DNA from: Mobula hypostoma
Taxonomy: Eukaryota
Assembly (NCBI RefSeq): GCF_963921235.1
Contig: NC_086108.1
Coordinates: 79,114,001-79,178,000, forward strand
Length of the DNA stretch: 64,000 bases
Reading direction: 5' to 3'
Under the pieces are notes generated by a model. That model searched no databases and was not told the DNA's origin. It saw nothing but the letters and a program-made list of their open reading frames with translations. How positions within the stretch are numbered: the first letter of the stretch is position 1; the number at the start of each line of letters is the position of its first letter. Made by a program: the position numbers and the translations under genes. This document shows, one piece after another, positions 25,701-39,300 of this stretch.

Positions 25701-26625
25701 TCGCCATGGCATAACAGGCTGCAGGACAAAGGCTGGAAAACAGGTTTAGTATATAAAAAAAAGTCCACTTTGGCATGAATTGTAAGTGCAAATAAATTGC
25801 TGCTCCAGATTGAAAGACTGGGATTCTCAATGGTGGGAAAGCAGAAAGAAAAAGGGCAAGTGTTGTATGGTAAAAAACTGCATTAGAATGATTGGTGAAG
25901 CAAGACCCTGAAGAAGGTTGAAAGGGAAGGGGAAATGCCTGGTGGAATCCATTAAAGATGGTGCAAATTACAGAAGATGATCTGTATCATCTATGATTAC
26001 AGAAGGCAAGGACAAAGGGAACCTCATCTTTTTTAGTTGAAATGAGCGAGGACAAGAGCAGAACTAGGAGACTTGTTTGAGTGTTCTTGGATTAATCTAT
26101 ACTTGCTTTGGCTTTGTTTCTTATTACTTTGATATAACAGTACATATTTCTCTTCAACAGTAACCCTATATATTTGAACAGTGACCACAAAACACTTTCC
26201 AGTGTGTTGGATGTACTGTATCCATGTAAATGTGACAATTCTTTGTAATATTTCTGGAGGCAATTTGAAGAGGGAGTTGTAGATGCATCTTCCAGTCAGA
26301 CTAAATTAAATGCAGTTCATTGGGAGATTTCTACAAAATTTATCAAGTATTTATGATGTGTTTAAAACACCATAGCATAATTTTTTAAACTGCTAGAGGA
26401 GTACAGCAGGTCAAGCATAGAATACTGAGAAACCTTGAGTAGCTTATTTGCATAACAAGGGATTCTACTTTAAAATACCACTTCTTTGGGGGATTGAGCC
26501 ACAGTCATAGATGGCCATATAGTTGCAATTGTCCAGCTCGTCTCCCGGGGAGCAAAAGTTCTACTTCCTCTCATTTCCTTGTTGATCTGTGCTTCCAACA
26601 GGTGAGAAAACCTTTCAGATCTAAC

Positions 26626-27472
26626 TGTTACATACCTCGTGGGTATCTTGTGACTGTCTTATGACCATGGTGTAATTGAGTATCCTTTGAGCATGATGTA
26701 ATGGTCTTGTGATGGTGGAGTGATGTAATTTTCCTGCCAGTCTGAGGTCACGTGATGACATGTTCTCAACAGGTATATAACAGGAAACCCCTGTTGTCAT
26801 GCAGTTGATTGATTGTTTAATTTGTCAGTTACTCCGTTATGCTGTGTATTCGTCTCATGATGCAGTTGTGCTTTAAGGTGAAGTTTTACTTTCTATTGTA
26901 AGGTAAAATCATTGTGCCAGCAGTTTTGCCCATCGCTGCCAGTTTTGTTTGGGGTAACTTTGATTTACCTTTACAGTCTAGTATTGGAGAGTGAGGACCT
27001 TACTAAAGTACGGGACCCTGAAGGATCGAGTAAAGTTGGTGTCATTTGGTGGTTTAACACAGGATCAACCTTATTGAATCTTCGTTCAGAAATAGTGGCC
27101 TGCATCTAAGATAACCCCTGTAAGATCAGGAAGGTTTGTGCAGTATTCATTTGCCAGAGAAAAGGTCAGTTCCTTTAACACGTTTTATTACCTTCATCGT
27201 GAATCCTTTGGACAGAATCAGCAGTAACGTCACATCTTCGAAGAAATCCGTTTCCAGAGAAGTCTCTCCTTATTGACTGTGTAGATCACTTGGACTTTCG
27301 AATTTACCATTTTAAGAACTGTTCTAGAGTTGCCGTATAGCAGTTAACTTCCGGTTAAGTTAGTTGTTTGAATACTTTTCACTATTGTTGAGCAGAGTTT
27401 AATAAATGTTTTATGTTTGTTTATAAAACCTGACTCAATTCAACTATATTCATTGTTGCTGGACACATGACA
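26626..27472 (+). mobile_element. Solo LTR (~850 bp)
   Basis: Termini TGTTAC...ATGACA with flanks TAAC/TAAT. TATATAA at 26774-26780 and AATAAA at 27401-27406, in LTR order. No gag/pol adjacent. Confidence 0.75.
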
Positions 27473-28954
27473 TAATATTGTGCACATAACATTTGATTAC
27501 TGTACTGGGAAAACCTAAAGAAAACAAATTTGCAGTTGACAATGATGGTATAAGCCTCCATACATTTTGCACTATGGCAAAAGGCACTGACCTGAAATAT
27601 GTAATATGGTATTTTAGACATTAACTTGAATTTCATTCAGTCTAGAACTTCAATGATAAAGACTAGGGTGGGGTGTGGAGGAAAGAAACCCTGGCTGCTT
27701 TAATTAGGGATGATTCATTCAAAATTGCGCTCTATTAACTTTTGCAATTAAGCCAAATACATTGCTCCAAAAATAGTATATATTTCCTAGTCCAATTAGC
27801 ACCAATAACAACAGGGTCCAAAGCTGTTTCCCAAAAGTCCTCTAGTGATTGCAGTTGCTATTCCCTGAGCCACTGGAAATTCAGATGTAGATACTGCTAA
27901 TAAGTTAATAAGCGTTTGCAATTGTCTCATTTGACGCTAGATGTCACTATTTACCTTTCTACAAGGTATCTATTAACAAGTGTGTTTTGCTCAGGAGTTC
28001 GGCCCTGCGGACGCGGGATCAATGAAGCTCGTAAACGTGCCTGTGTTTTAAATAATCATCAGTCTTGGTCCCGCATTTCCTCGTCACCAGGGGAATAAAA
28101 CTACCGAATTTCCTCACTGTTTATGAGTAAAAACAATAGTTCGAGGAAAAATACTGAGTTCCCTACTCTCTAAAATGCAACTTATTTCAGGCTACTTGAG
28201 AGAAATCCAGAGAAATGGAAAATACCGTAAAGACCAAATGATAGTAAATAAAGGGCTGAAAATGATGGAGCAAACAAAATGTGTGCAGCTCCTCAGTATT
28301 AATGTTGGGGAGAGTTTCCTTTCTGTATTGCAAAACAGTGTTTGAGCTTAATTCAGATGACCCGGATCAGAAGGTGCAAGTTATGTTACGGCCACGATTT
28401 TCATTACACAAATGCTCCGTCGGTGCCACTGGTGTGAATCAACATTTAATGTTGCAGGTTTACACAGAAATGTACTCCATCTATCAATGTAATTCCTTCA
28501 TGAGTTCCAAACTCAATCGATTGCCAGGGCACCGTCTCACCAGACTGCTCAATGTCATTATTCCCACAGAGAGGACAGGTCGTGCAGAGGCACCTGGCCC
28601 TCCACAAGGCGCATGTGGGGAGATAATGCAAGGTCAAGTTCTCAAGGGATTACTCCATTTTAAGCAGCACTAAAAGAGGAGGTGATACAGCACTGCCTTG
28701 AACTCCACATCGTGGGTTGGTCCTTCTGAAAACTGAAGGTGAGGGAAGGGCGATGGCATAGGGTACATTGGTAAAAAGTTACTGTGCTTTTGCACACCTT
28801 TTTCTGCTCACAGCTCTCTAACATTAAATAGTGAAATGTCATAATGATTACATTAAATTATTTTATAGAATGTTTTATTGTTTAAGTTACCATTTGATAA
28901 TGATACACATACATACATATATTGGAGCATTACAAATTTTACACAATGCAAGTT

Positions 28955-29425
28955 TTTTACAAAGATGTTGCCGGGTCTGGAGGACCTGAGATAGAAGGAA
29001 AAATTGAAAAGGTTAGGACTTTATGCCTTGGAATGTAGAAGATTAAGGGGAGATTTGATAGAGGTATACAAAAAATAAGAGGATTATAGATTGGAAAAAG
29101 CCTGCTTGTAATTACCCTCTGAGGTTGGGTGGGACTATAACTAGTGGTCATGGGTTAAGGGTGAAAGGTGAGAAATTTAAGGGGAACATGACAGGAATCC
29201 TCTTCACGCAGAGGGTCGTGAGAGTGTCGAATGAGCTGCCAGTGCAAGCGGTGAATGCAAGCTTGATTTCAACATTTAAGAGAAGCTTGGATAGGTACAT
29301 AGTTGATGGAGGTATGGAAAGCTATGGTCCTGTTTCAGGTTGGTGGGAGTAGGCAGTTTAAATGTTTCGGCATGGCCTAGATGGGCCAAATGGCCTGTTT
29401 CTGTCCTGTAATTTTCTATGACTCT
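28955..29425 (+). mobile_element. CR1 LINE 3' fragment
   Basis: FTKMLPGLEDL, RRLRGDLIEVYK and FTQRVVRVSNELP, ending in a ctatgactcta tail. Confidence 0.88.
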
Positions 29426-31556
29426 AATCCAGTCACACTGTTGGATCAATGCAGTAACATTTTAAAATCTTACAGTAATTCTTATACACTGTCTTTGCAA
29501 AACAACAAGTTTCATGGCCTATGTCAGTGATAATAAACCTGATTCTGATTCTGCAATGAGAAGCCGATTAAATGATGAGATTTGAAAATGTCATACTATT
29601 GCTCTCTACACCATACGATGTAACTCTTCTTAATGCGCTTCAATTTGATTGTTTTCTCTATAATTTTCCCCTGCCTATTGAATTGGATTTGGGGGTACAG
29701 AGCACCATTTTGAAATCCAAGTTCATTTATTATCAAAGTATACAACTTAAAATCCTTCTTCTCCAGATAGCCACAAAACCAAGAAAGAAAAGAACATCAT
29801 CAACCCCCAAATCCCTCCTCCCCACAAAAAAATCACAGTCTCCAACAGTTCTAGAAACCATTCAAGACAAAAAAACAATTGTAAAATACATAAGAGAAGT
29901 GAAATACAGTACATGGTTTCATGATCTATCCAGGCAATGTCGACCAAAGGAGCCACCTTGACTAGAAGACCCTTGTTGGAAGTCAGAAGATGATCTTACA
30001 TTTCTGAAGGTGTTAAGAAGGTAGTGATTGACTGAATAAGAGCCAGAAGGAGCTAATGGAAGGATAAGTCACTGGGCAGGTGAAATATAACATGCGGTGG
30101 GGTGTTGCATTTTGGTGGAAATATTGAAGGCTGAGATGTCAGGGGAAGGGTACATCATTTTGTAAAAGGATGCAAGTGCATGTAGACCTATTGGTATTTG
30201 TGCACAACTCGTTGGTAATGGGTCAGGCTAACGTGACAGGGACCAAATCAAATTTGATCTGGGGCACAGAATACAGATGGTAGAAGACTACACTAAATCT
30301 TTTATCAAATGTTAATTGGGCCGAGCTGGAATATTGTATCCACTTCCAAGCATTGTGCTTAAGAAGGTATTTAAGAGTTTGGTGCGGATATGAAAGGGTG
30401 AAAGGTCACTGAGAAAAAGAAGGAACACAGAATTGAAATTACAAATAGATCATCTTATTGAAAGGAGTAGATTCAATGAGATTATTTGCTGTTCCTGTTC
30501 CTAATTTCCGTTAAAATAATTTTAGGGATTGCAGTTTAGTGGATAGACTGGAGAAGTTAAAAGAGGGAAAAATATAAAGAGATATGAGAAAATTGTTTGG
30601 AATCAGGATGGACTGAGAATAAATCAAGATAAAGTATTTCCAATTTCCAAAAGGTCAGAGGTCATAGATTTCAAATCAAGGCCAAATGAAGCATGAAGGT
30701 AAATGGTTTTGCTCAACAAATGCTGAGCACGTGGGGGGAGGTGGTGGTAAGACCCATAGGAGAAATTGGCATGATTGAATCTCCTTGAAAAGAATTGAAT
30801 AAGTTCGTGAAGGAAAATATTCACATGGTGTGGGGCAAAGAGCCAGGCTGTGAATCTAATGGAATTGCTTTTCCAAGGAGCCAGTGCAGACTTACTGAGC
30901 CAACTGGTGTCTCACTGTGGTCTGTTTGTCTTTCAGCAAGTTCTTCCAAGGCATCAAGTTAACTGGAACAGAGAGTGAAAGATTAAGATTAAAGAGAGAA
31001 GTTCAAGAGGGTTCTTTGAAAAAATGTTAGAGTAAGTGCAGAGGTGGAAACAATTACAATCTTTAAAAGGCATTTGGAAAGGTACCTGGATGAGGAAAGA
31101 GTGAAGGAATATGAACCGAATGCTGACAAGTGGGTATTGAATTCAACATTAAGGAATATAGTTTGGATCTGGCCCAGCCAATTGCTAGGAAGAAAGGTGG
31201 AGTCACTGGCTTGCATTTGGTGTTTAGGGAGATGAAGGTCAATGACTCAGAGTTGCATCTGGAAACTTGTTCTACTTTGGGATCTGCTGCTACACACATA
31301 ATCTGTGGCATCCACAAATAATGTGAAGTATTGCTTTGGACTGAGGGATCATCAGTGAGAGGCCATATAATCAGGATTAGAAAACAGGAAATACAAAAGC
31401 AAAACAATGCTTTAAAAATCGAGATGGAACTACAAGTAAAGATAAGTGAAGCAAAATTAGTTCAATTAAAAATCCTCCAGCATAAATTATTTGAGGATAA
31501 GAAATAGGCATAAATGGGCTGTAGCCCAAGATCACTTCAGGAGGACACTATTATAG

Positions 31557-33766
31557 TTGAACAAGGGGAACTATGGTGCTATGAGGGAGGAGATGGCCAA
31601 AGTTCAATGGAACAATACCCTAGCAGGGATGACAATGGAACAGCAATGGCAAGTGTTTTTGGGAATAATGCAGAAGGTGCAGGATCAGTTCATTCCAAAG
31701 AGGAAGAAAGATCCTAAGGGGAGTAAGGGGAGGCCGTGGCTGACAAGGGAAGTAATGGACAGTATAAAAATAAAAGAGAAGAAGTATAACACAGCAAAGA
31801 CGAATGGGAAGCCGGAGGACTGGGAAACTTTTAAAGAGCAACAGAAGGTAACTAAAAAGGCAATACGCGTTAGAAAAAATGAGGTACGAAGGTAAACTAG
31901 CCAAGAATATAAAGGAGGATAGTAAAAGCTTCTTTAGGTATGTGAAAAGGAAAAAAATAGTTGAAACCAAAATTGGGCCCTTGAAGACAGAAGCGGGTGA
32001 ATTTATTATGGGGAACAAGGAAATGGCAGACGAGTTGAACAGGTACTTTGGATCTGTCTTCACTAGGGAAGATACGAACAATCTCCCAGATGTAATAGTG
32101 GCCAAAGGACCTAGGGTAATGGATGAATTGAAGGAAATTTATATTAGGCAGGAAATGGTGTTGGATAGGCTGTTGGGTCTGAAGGCTGATAAGTCCCTGG
32201 GACCTGATGGTCTGCATCCCAGGGTACTTAAGGTGGTGGCTTTAGAAATCATGGACGCATTGGTAATCATTTTCCAATGTTCTATAGATTCAGGATCAGT
32301 TCCTGTGGATTGGAGGGTGGCTAATGTTGTCCCTCTCTTCAAGAAGGGAGGAAGAAAGAAAACTGGGAATTATAGACCAGTTAGCCTGACGTCGGTGGTG
32401 GGAAAGATGCTGGAGTCAATTATAAAAGATGAAATTACGACATCTCTGGATAGCAGTAACAGGATTGGTCTGAGTCAGCATGAACTTACGAAGGGGAAAT
32501 CGTGCTTGACTAATCTGGAATTTTTTTGAGGATGTAACTATGAAAATGGACAAGGGAGAGCCAGTGGATGTAGTGTACCTGGACTTTCAGAAAGCCTTTG
32601 ATAAAGTCCCACATAGGAGATTAGTGGGCAAAATTAGGGCACATGGTATTGGGGGCAGAGTAATGACATGGATGGAAAATTGGCTGGCTGACAGAAAACA
32701 AAGAATAACGATTAACGGGTCCCTTTTGGAATGGCAGGCGCTGACCAGTGGGGTACCACAGGTTTCAGTGCTGGGACCACAGCTGTTTACAATATATATT
32801 AATGATTTAGATGAGGGAATTAAAAGTAACATTAGCAAATTTGCCGATGACACAAAGCTGGGTGGCAGTGTGAAATGTGAAGAGAATGTTATGAGAATGC
32901 AGGGTGACTTGGACAGGCTGGGTGAGTGGGCAGTTGCATGGCAGATGCAGTTTAATGTGGATAAATGTGAGGTTATCCACTTTGGTGGTAAGACCGGGAA
33001 GGCAGATTATTATCTAAATGGAGTCAAGTTAGGAAAAGGGGAAGCACAACGAGATCTAGGTGTTCTTGTACATCAGTCACTGAAAGCAAGCATGCAAGTA
33101 CAGCAGGCAATGAAGAAAGCTAATGGCATGCTGGCCTTCATAACAAGGGGAATTGAGTATAAGAGCAAAGAGGTCCTTCTGCAGCTGTACAGGGCCCTAG
33201 TGAGACCACACCTGGAGTACTGTGTGCAGTTTTGGTCTCCAAATTTGAGGAAGGACATTCTTGCTATTGAGGGAGTGCAGCGTAGGTTCACAAGGTTAAT
33301 TTCCGGGATGGCGGGTCTGTCATATGTCGAAAGATTGGAGCGACTGGGCTTGTATACTCTGGCATTTAGAAGGCTGAGAGGGGATCTTATTGAAACATAT
33401 AAGATTATTAAGGGATTGGACACGCTGGAGGCGGGAAGCATGTTCCCGCTGATGGGTGAGTCCAGAACCAGAGGCCACAGTTTAAGAATAAGGAGTAGGC
33501 CGTTTAGAACGGAGTTGAGGAAAAACTTTTTCACCCAGAGAGTAGTGGATATGTGGAATGCTCTGCCCCAGAAGGCTGTGGAGGCCAAGTCTCTGAATGC
33601 TTTCAAGAAAGAGATGGATAGAGTTCTTCAGGATAGCAGAATCAAAGGTTATGGGGATAAGGCTGGAACTGGATACTGATTGTGGATGATCAGCCATGAT
33701 CACAGTGAATGGCAGTGCTGGCTCGAGGGGCCGAATGGCCTACTCCTGCACCTATTGTCTATTGTC
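31557..33766 (+). mobile_element. Young CR1 LINE, 5'-truncated, ORF2 broken by two frameshifts
   Basis: ORFs 31557-31895, 31879-32529 and 32540-33679 are colinear CR1 ORF2 (YRPVSLTS, YLDFQKAFDKVPH, SGVPQ, FADDTKL). Tail (TATTGTC)2 ends at 33766. Confidence 0.96.
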
Positions 33767-33769
33767 ACT

Positions 33770-34158
33770 AAGACCATAATTAGACCATAAGAACATAAGA
33801 TATAGGAACAGAATTAGGCCATTTGGTCCATCGAGTCTGCTGCATCATTTCATCAGGGCTGATCCAATTTTCCTCTCAGCCCCATTCTCCTGCCTTCTCC
33901 CCGTATCCCTTCAAGTCCTGACCAATCAAGAATTTATCAACCTCTGCCTTAAATATGCATCAAGACTTGGCCTTCACAGCGGCCAGTGACAAAGAATTCC
34001 AAAGATTCACCATTGTCTGGCTTAAGAAATTCTTCCTCATCTCCATTCTAAAAGGATGCCCCTTCTATTCTGAGGCCATGTCCTCTGGTCTTAGACTCTC
34101 TCACATTAGGAAATATCCTCTCCACATCCACTCTATTAAGGCCTTTCACCATTTGATA
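33770..34158 (-). mobile_element. CR1 LINE 3' fragment, tail-to-tail with the previous element
   Basis: (agaccataa)n tail. Nearly colinear with 15113-15475. Confidence 0.88.
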
Positions 34159-34776
34159 GGGTATTGCATATGTGTGAATGTCAGAAATTGCAATCCAATT
34201 TACCCTGTTAACAGAGGGTACTGCTAACATTCTTATTAAAGCTTGGTTTTAGCTGCAAAAAGATACCTGCTCATCCAACATTGGATGCTGAACAAGAAGT
34301 GTGACAATTTTGACAGTCCAAGATTGGGAGCAATTAATGAGATGGAGTGGGTTGAAGACCTTTACTGCGAGCAGTATATGGTTGTGAAACAGGAGGAAGC
34401 TGAGGGTAGATTACTGTGGATCAGCAGAATCAGTGGTGCAGAAATGGACAGTATAACTATTGCAGAATTTCATTTGGCTCCTCTGGTTATCGATCTTTCC
34501 ATCATAGTCCCTTTTTTAATCTTTCATGGTGTTTGATTGGTTCATTCAAAGTGATTGGGGGTGAGATGGGAACCCAGTTACAAAGGAGCCAAGAACGTGT
34601 TTTATTTGTGATCAGCTTTAATGCTAATAAGGATAGATGTATATGTACCATACTCGAAAACATCTCACCCTCTAATGCACGCTTCCTGCCTGGTTTGTAC
34701 ATGAGCAGCAAATGATATATTGGACATGTTAAAATATTTACAGAAAGTGCATCAATACTATGTTACATACCTGGAG

Positions 34777-34952
34777 CAACACACATAAAAGTTGCTGGTG
34801 AACACAGCAGGCCAGGCAGCATCCCTAGGAAGAGGTCTCGGCCCGAAAAGTCGACTGTACCTCTTCCTAGAGATGCTGCCTGGCCTGCTGCGTTCACCAG
34901 CAACTTTTATGTGTGTTGCTTGAAATTCCAGCATCTGCAGAGTTCCTCGTGT
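34777..34952. mobile_element. Fold-back Penelope-derived insert with 14-bp TSD
   Basis: ~60-bp inverted arms (34776-34835 / 34860-34919). TTACATACCTGGAG at 34763-34776 and 34953-34966. Confidence 0.88.
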
Positions 34953-35170
34953 TTACATACCTGGAGTATGGTTTTATTCTATTCCCATCAGATCAGAAAC
35001 AGCCCATCTGTCTTATTTGTAATAATGTACTGTCTAATGAAGCCATGAAACCATCAAGATTGCCGGAACACTTCTGTAAAAGAAGCCCTAAAAAGGCTAC
35101 TTATGGTATTTCTCATTCCAGAAGATGACAGAAGCATTTGAAAAGCATTGCACACTCAAGTCATTTGCCA

Positions 35171-35290
35171 AGGGATCTCGGCCTGAAATATCAACTGTAT
35201 TCTTTCCATAGATGCTGCCTGGCCTGCTGAGTTCCTCGAGCATTTTGTGTGGGTTGCTTGGATTTCCAGCAACTGCAGATTTTCTCTTGC
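35171..35290 (+). mobile_element. Penelope-like terminal repeat (single arm) in the hAT fossil
   Basis: gggatctcggcctgaaatatcaactg...agatgctgcctggcctgctgagttcctc...ttccagcaactgcaga. Confidence 0.8.
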
Positions 35291-36334
35291 TTGTCAATAG
35301 TCGTCTCATTGTTTCTTATAATATTTCCAAAATGATAGCAAAGTCTGGAAAATCTCATATAATTGGTGAAAGGTGATATATCAGAAGTGCTCACCAATGT
35401 TCTCAAAATGGATACCAGTATTTTAAAATCAATTCCTCTGAGAAATAACCCTGTAGCTAGTCGTATTGATGAAATGAGTGAAGCTATTGAGTATCAACTA
35501 TGCACAGAGCTACAAAAACAGAATTTGGGATACAACTGGATGAGTCAACTGTGTGTGTTAACTCATCCAGTTGTGAGGCATTGTTAATGGCATATGTGTG
35601 GTTTATCAAAAATGGAAAAGTTTATGAAGAGATTCTCTTGTAAAAAGTTGAAAACAAATATCAACAGAGAATCAAACTATGATGAGCTCAAAATGTACAT
35701 TGAGAATAAAAGTATTTTAATTAGGAACATGATTTCTTGTGCAATAGATGGAGCACCATATATGACAGGTCACCATGCTGGTTAAGTGGCATTTATGAAT
35801 AAAGAAATTCCAAGTCTGTTTGCAATCGGTTGTGTAATTCATCGTCAACATCTCACAGCCAAACATCTCAGTCAGTGACTATTTTCAAGGATGATTCTTG
35901 TAATATCTGTTATTAACAAAATTAAAGCTCATCCATTAAATAGCAGAATATTTTGCCAGTTATGCCAAGATAATGACGAAGAGTTTGAACGCTTGCTTCT
36001 TCACACTGAAGTGCATTGTCAAAAGGCTGCTGCTTAAACAGTTTCTTTGATCTTTTTCACACTGGTTGAATTTTTGCTCAAAGTCAAGAAGAGCTTGGGG
36101 AATAAGACTGAACTTCTATGTGGAGATGTGGCATACTAGCTGATGTGTATGACAAAATGAACATTCTAAATAGAAAAATGCAGGGTGAGAATTTCAATTT
36201 AATCCTGGCAAAAAGTACAGTGTCCACTTTGATTGGAAAATTGGAAATATGTAAGTAAAACATTGGAAGAAGAATGTTCTCACAGTTTCCCCAGCATGGA
36301 AAATATGGCACTCTCTTTCACAGATGGTGATTTG

Positions 36335-39300
36335 ACCATAAGACCAGAATATATAGAAGCATAATTAAGCCATTTGGCCCATTGAGTCTGCTCCATCATT
36401 CAATCATGGCTGTTCCATTTTTTCCCCCTCTTCAGTCCTGCTGCCTGGCCTTCTCCCCATAACCTTTGTTGCCATGGCTAATCAAGAGCCTATCAGTCTC
36501 CACCTTAAATACACAGAGTGACCTGGCCTCCACAGCTGCCTGTGATAACAAATTTCACAAATTCACTAACCTCTGGCTAAAGAAATTTCTCAGCATCTCT
36601 GTTATAAATGGATTCCCCTCTTTCCTGAGGCTATACCCTCTTGTCCTCACCATAGGAAACATCCTTTCCACATCTACTCTGTCCAGCCCTTTCAACATTT
36701 GAAAGGTTTCAATAAGATCCCCCCTCATCTGTCTAAATCCTAATGATCACAGTCCCAGAGCCATCAAATGTTTGTCATATGATAACTCTTTCAATAGACA
36801 ATACAATAGACAATAAGTGCAGGAGTAGGTCATTCAGCTCTTTGAGCCAGCACCACCATTCACTGTGATCATGGCTGATCATCCACAATCAGTACCCTTT
36901 TCCTGCCTTCTCCCCATATACCTTCACTCCGCTATCTTTAAGAGCTCTATCTAACTCTTTCTTGAAAGAATCCTGAGAATTGGCCTCCACTGCCTTCTGA
37001 GGCAGAGCATTCCACAGAACCACAACCCTCTGTGTGAAAAAAGTTTCTCCTCAACTCTGTACTAAATTGTCTACCCCTTATTCTTAAACTGTGGCCTCTG
37101 GTTCTGGACTCCCCCAACATCGGGAACATGTTTCCTGCCTCTAGCGTGTCCAATCCCTTAATAATCTTATATGTTTCAATCAGATCCCCTCTCATCCTTC
37201 TAAATTCCAGTGTATACAAGCCCAGTCGCTCCAATCTTTCAACATATGACAGTCCTGCCATCCCGGGAATTAACCTTGTGAACCTACGCTGCACTTCCTC
37301 AATAGCTAGAATATCCTTCCTCAAATTTGGAGACCAAATCTGTACACAATACTCCAGGTGTGGTCTCACCAGGGCCCTGTACAGCTGCAGAAGGACCTCT
37401 TTGCTCCTATACTCAGCTCCCCTTGTTATGAAGGCCAACATGCCATTAGCTTTCTTCACTGCCTGCTGTACCTGCATGCTTACTTTCAGTGACTGATGAA
37501 CAAGGACACCTAGATCTCGGTGTACTTCCCCTTTTCCTAACTTGGCACCGTTCAGATAGTAATCTGCCTTCCTGTTCTTGCCACCAAAGTGGATAACCTC
37601 ACATTTATCCACATTAAACTGCATCTGCCATGCATCTGCCCACTTATCCAACCTGTCCAAGTCACCCTGCATTCTCATAACATCCTCCTCACATTTCACA
37701 CTGCCACCCAGCTTTGTGTCATCTGCAAATTTGCTAATGTTACTTTTAATCCCTTCATCTAAATCATTAATGTATATCGTAAATAGCTGCGGTCCCAACA
37801 CCGAGCCTTGCGGTACCCCACTAGTCACTGCCTGCCATTCTGAAAAGGACCGATTAATCCCTACTTTGTTTCCTGTCTGCCAACCAATTTTCTATCCATG
37901 TCAGTACCCTACCCCCAATACCATTTGCTCTAATTTTGCACACTAACCTCCTATGTAGGACCTTATCAAAAGCTTTCTGGAAGTCCAGGTACACTACATC
38001 CACTGGCTTTCCCATGTCCATTTTCATAGTTACATTCTCAAAAAATTCCAGAAGATTAGTCAAGCATGATTTCCCCTTCATAAATCCATGCTGACTCAGA
38101 CCTATCCTGCCACTGCTATCTTAATATGCTGCTATTTCATCTTTTATATTGATTCCAGCATCATTCCTGGAATCAGCCTTGTGAACCTCCTCTGAACCTT
38201 CTCCAATGCCAACACATCTTTTCTTAGATAAGGACCCAAAACTGTTCACAATTCTCAAGGTGAGGCCTCTCCAGTGCCTTATAAAGCCTCTGCATCATAT
38301 CCCTGGCCTCGCATTCTAGACCACTTGAAATGAATGCTAACATTGCATTTGCCTTTCTCACCACCGATTCAATCTACGAGTTAACCTTTGTGGTATTCTG
38401 CACAAGGTCTCCCAAGTCCCTTTGCATCTCATATTTTTGGATTTTCTCCCTATTTAGAAAATAGTCTGCACTTTTATTTCTTCTATCAAAGTGCATGACC
38501 ATGCATTTTCCAACATTGTATTTCATTTACCACTTTCTTGCCCATTCTTCTAATCTGTCTAAGTCCTTCTGTAGTCTTCCTGTTTCCTCAACACTACCTG
38601 CCCCTCCACCAATCTTCGTATCATCTGCACACTTGGCAACAAAGCCACCTGTTCCATCATCAAAATCATACAAAGAGTGGACCCAACATCGATCATTGAG
38701 GAACACCACTAGTCACTGACAGCCAACCAAAAAAGGATCCTTTTATTCCCACTCTCTCCCTCCTACTGATCAGCCAATGCTCTAACCATGCCAGTAACTT
38801 TCCTGTAATACCACGGGTTCTTAAGCAACCTGATGTGTGGCACCTTGTCAAAGGCCTTCTGAAAGTCCAAATATACACCATCCACTGCAACCCCTTCATC
38901 TATCCTTCGTGTCATCTCCTTAAACAAAATCCAACAGGTTTGTCAGGCAAGATTTCCCTTAAGGAAACATAGGACAAAGTCAGCAACGTTTTCCTGTGTC
39001 ACCAAGTATTCCATAACCTCATCCTTAATAATTTGCTCCAATATCATCCCAACTACTGAGGTCAGGCTAACTGGTCTATAATTTCCTTTCTGCTGCCTCC
39101 TTACTTTCTTGAAGAGTAGAGTGTCATTTGGAATTTTCAAGTCCTTCGGAACAATGCCAGAGTCTAATGATTCTTGAAAGATCATTACTAATGCTTCCAC
39201 AATATCTACTACTACCTCTTTCAGAACCCAGGGGTGCAGTTCATCTGGTCTGAGTGACATGTATCCTTGGGTCTTTAAGCTTTTTGAGTACCTTCTCCCT

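Noticed and set aside
28281..28673. 130-aa ORF as a novel gene
   Set aside because: Non-ATG start, no domain resemblance and no supporting exon structure.
32540..33679. 379-aa RT ORF as a domesticated gene, retron or DGR-type system
   Set aside because: It is the 3' part of a frameshifted CR1 ORF2 ending in a CR1 tail, with many sibling copies in the window.
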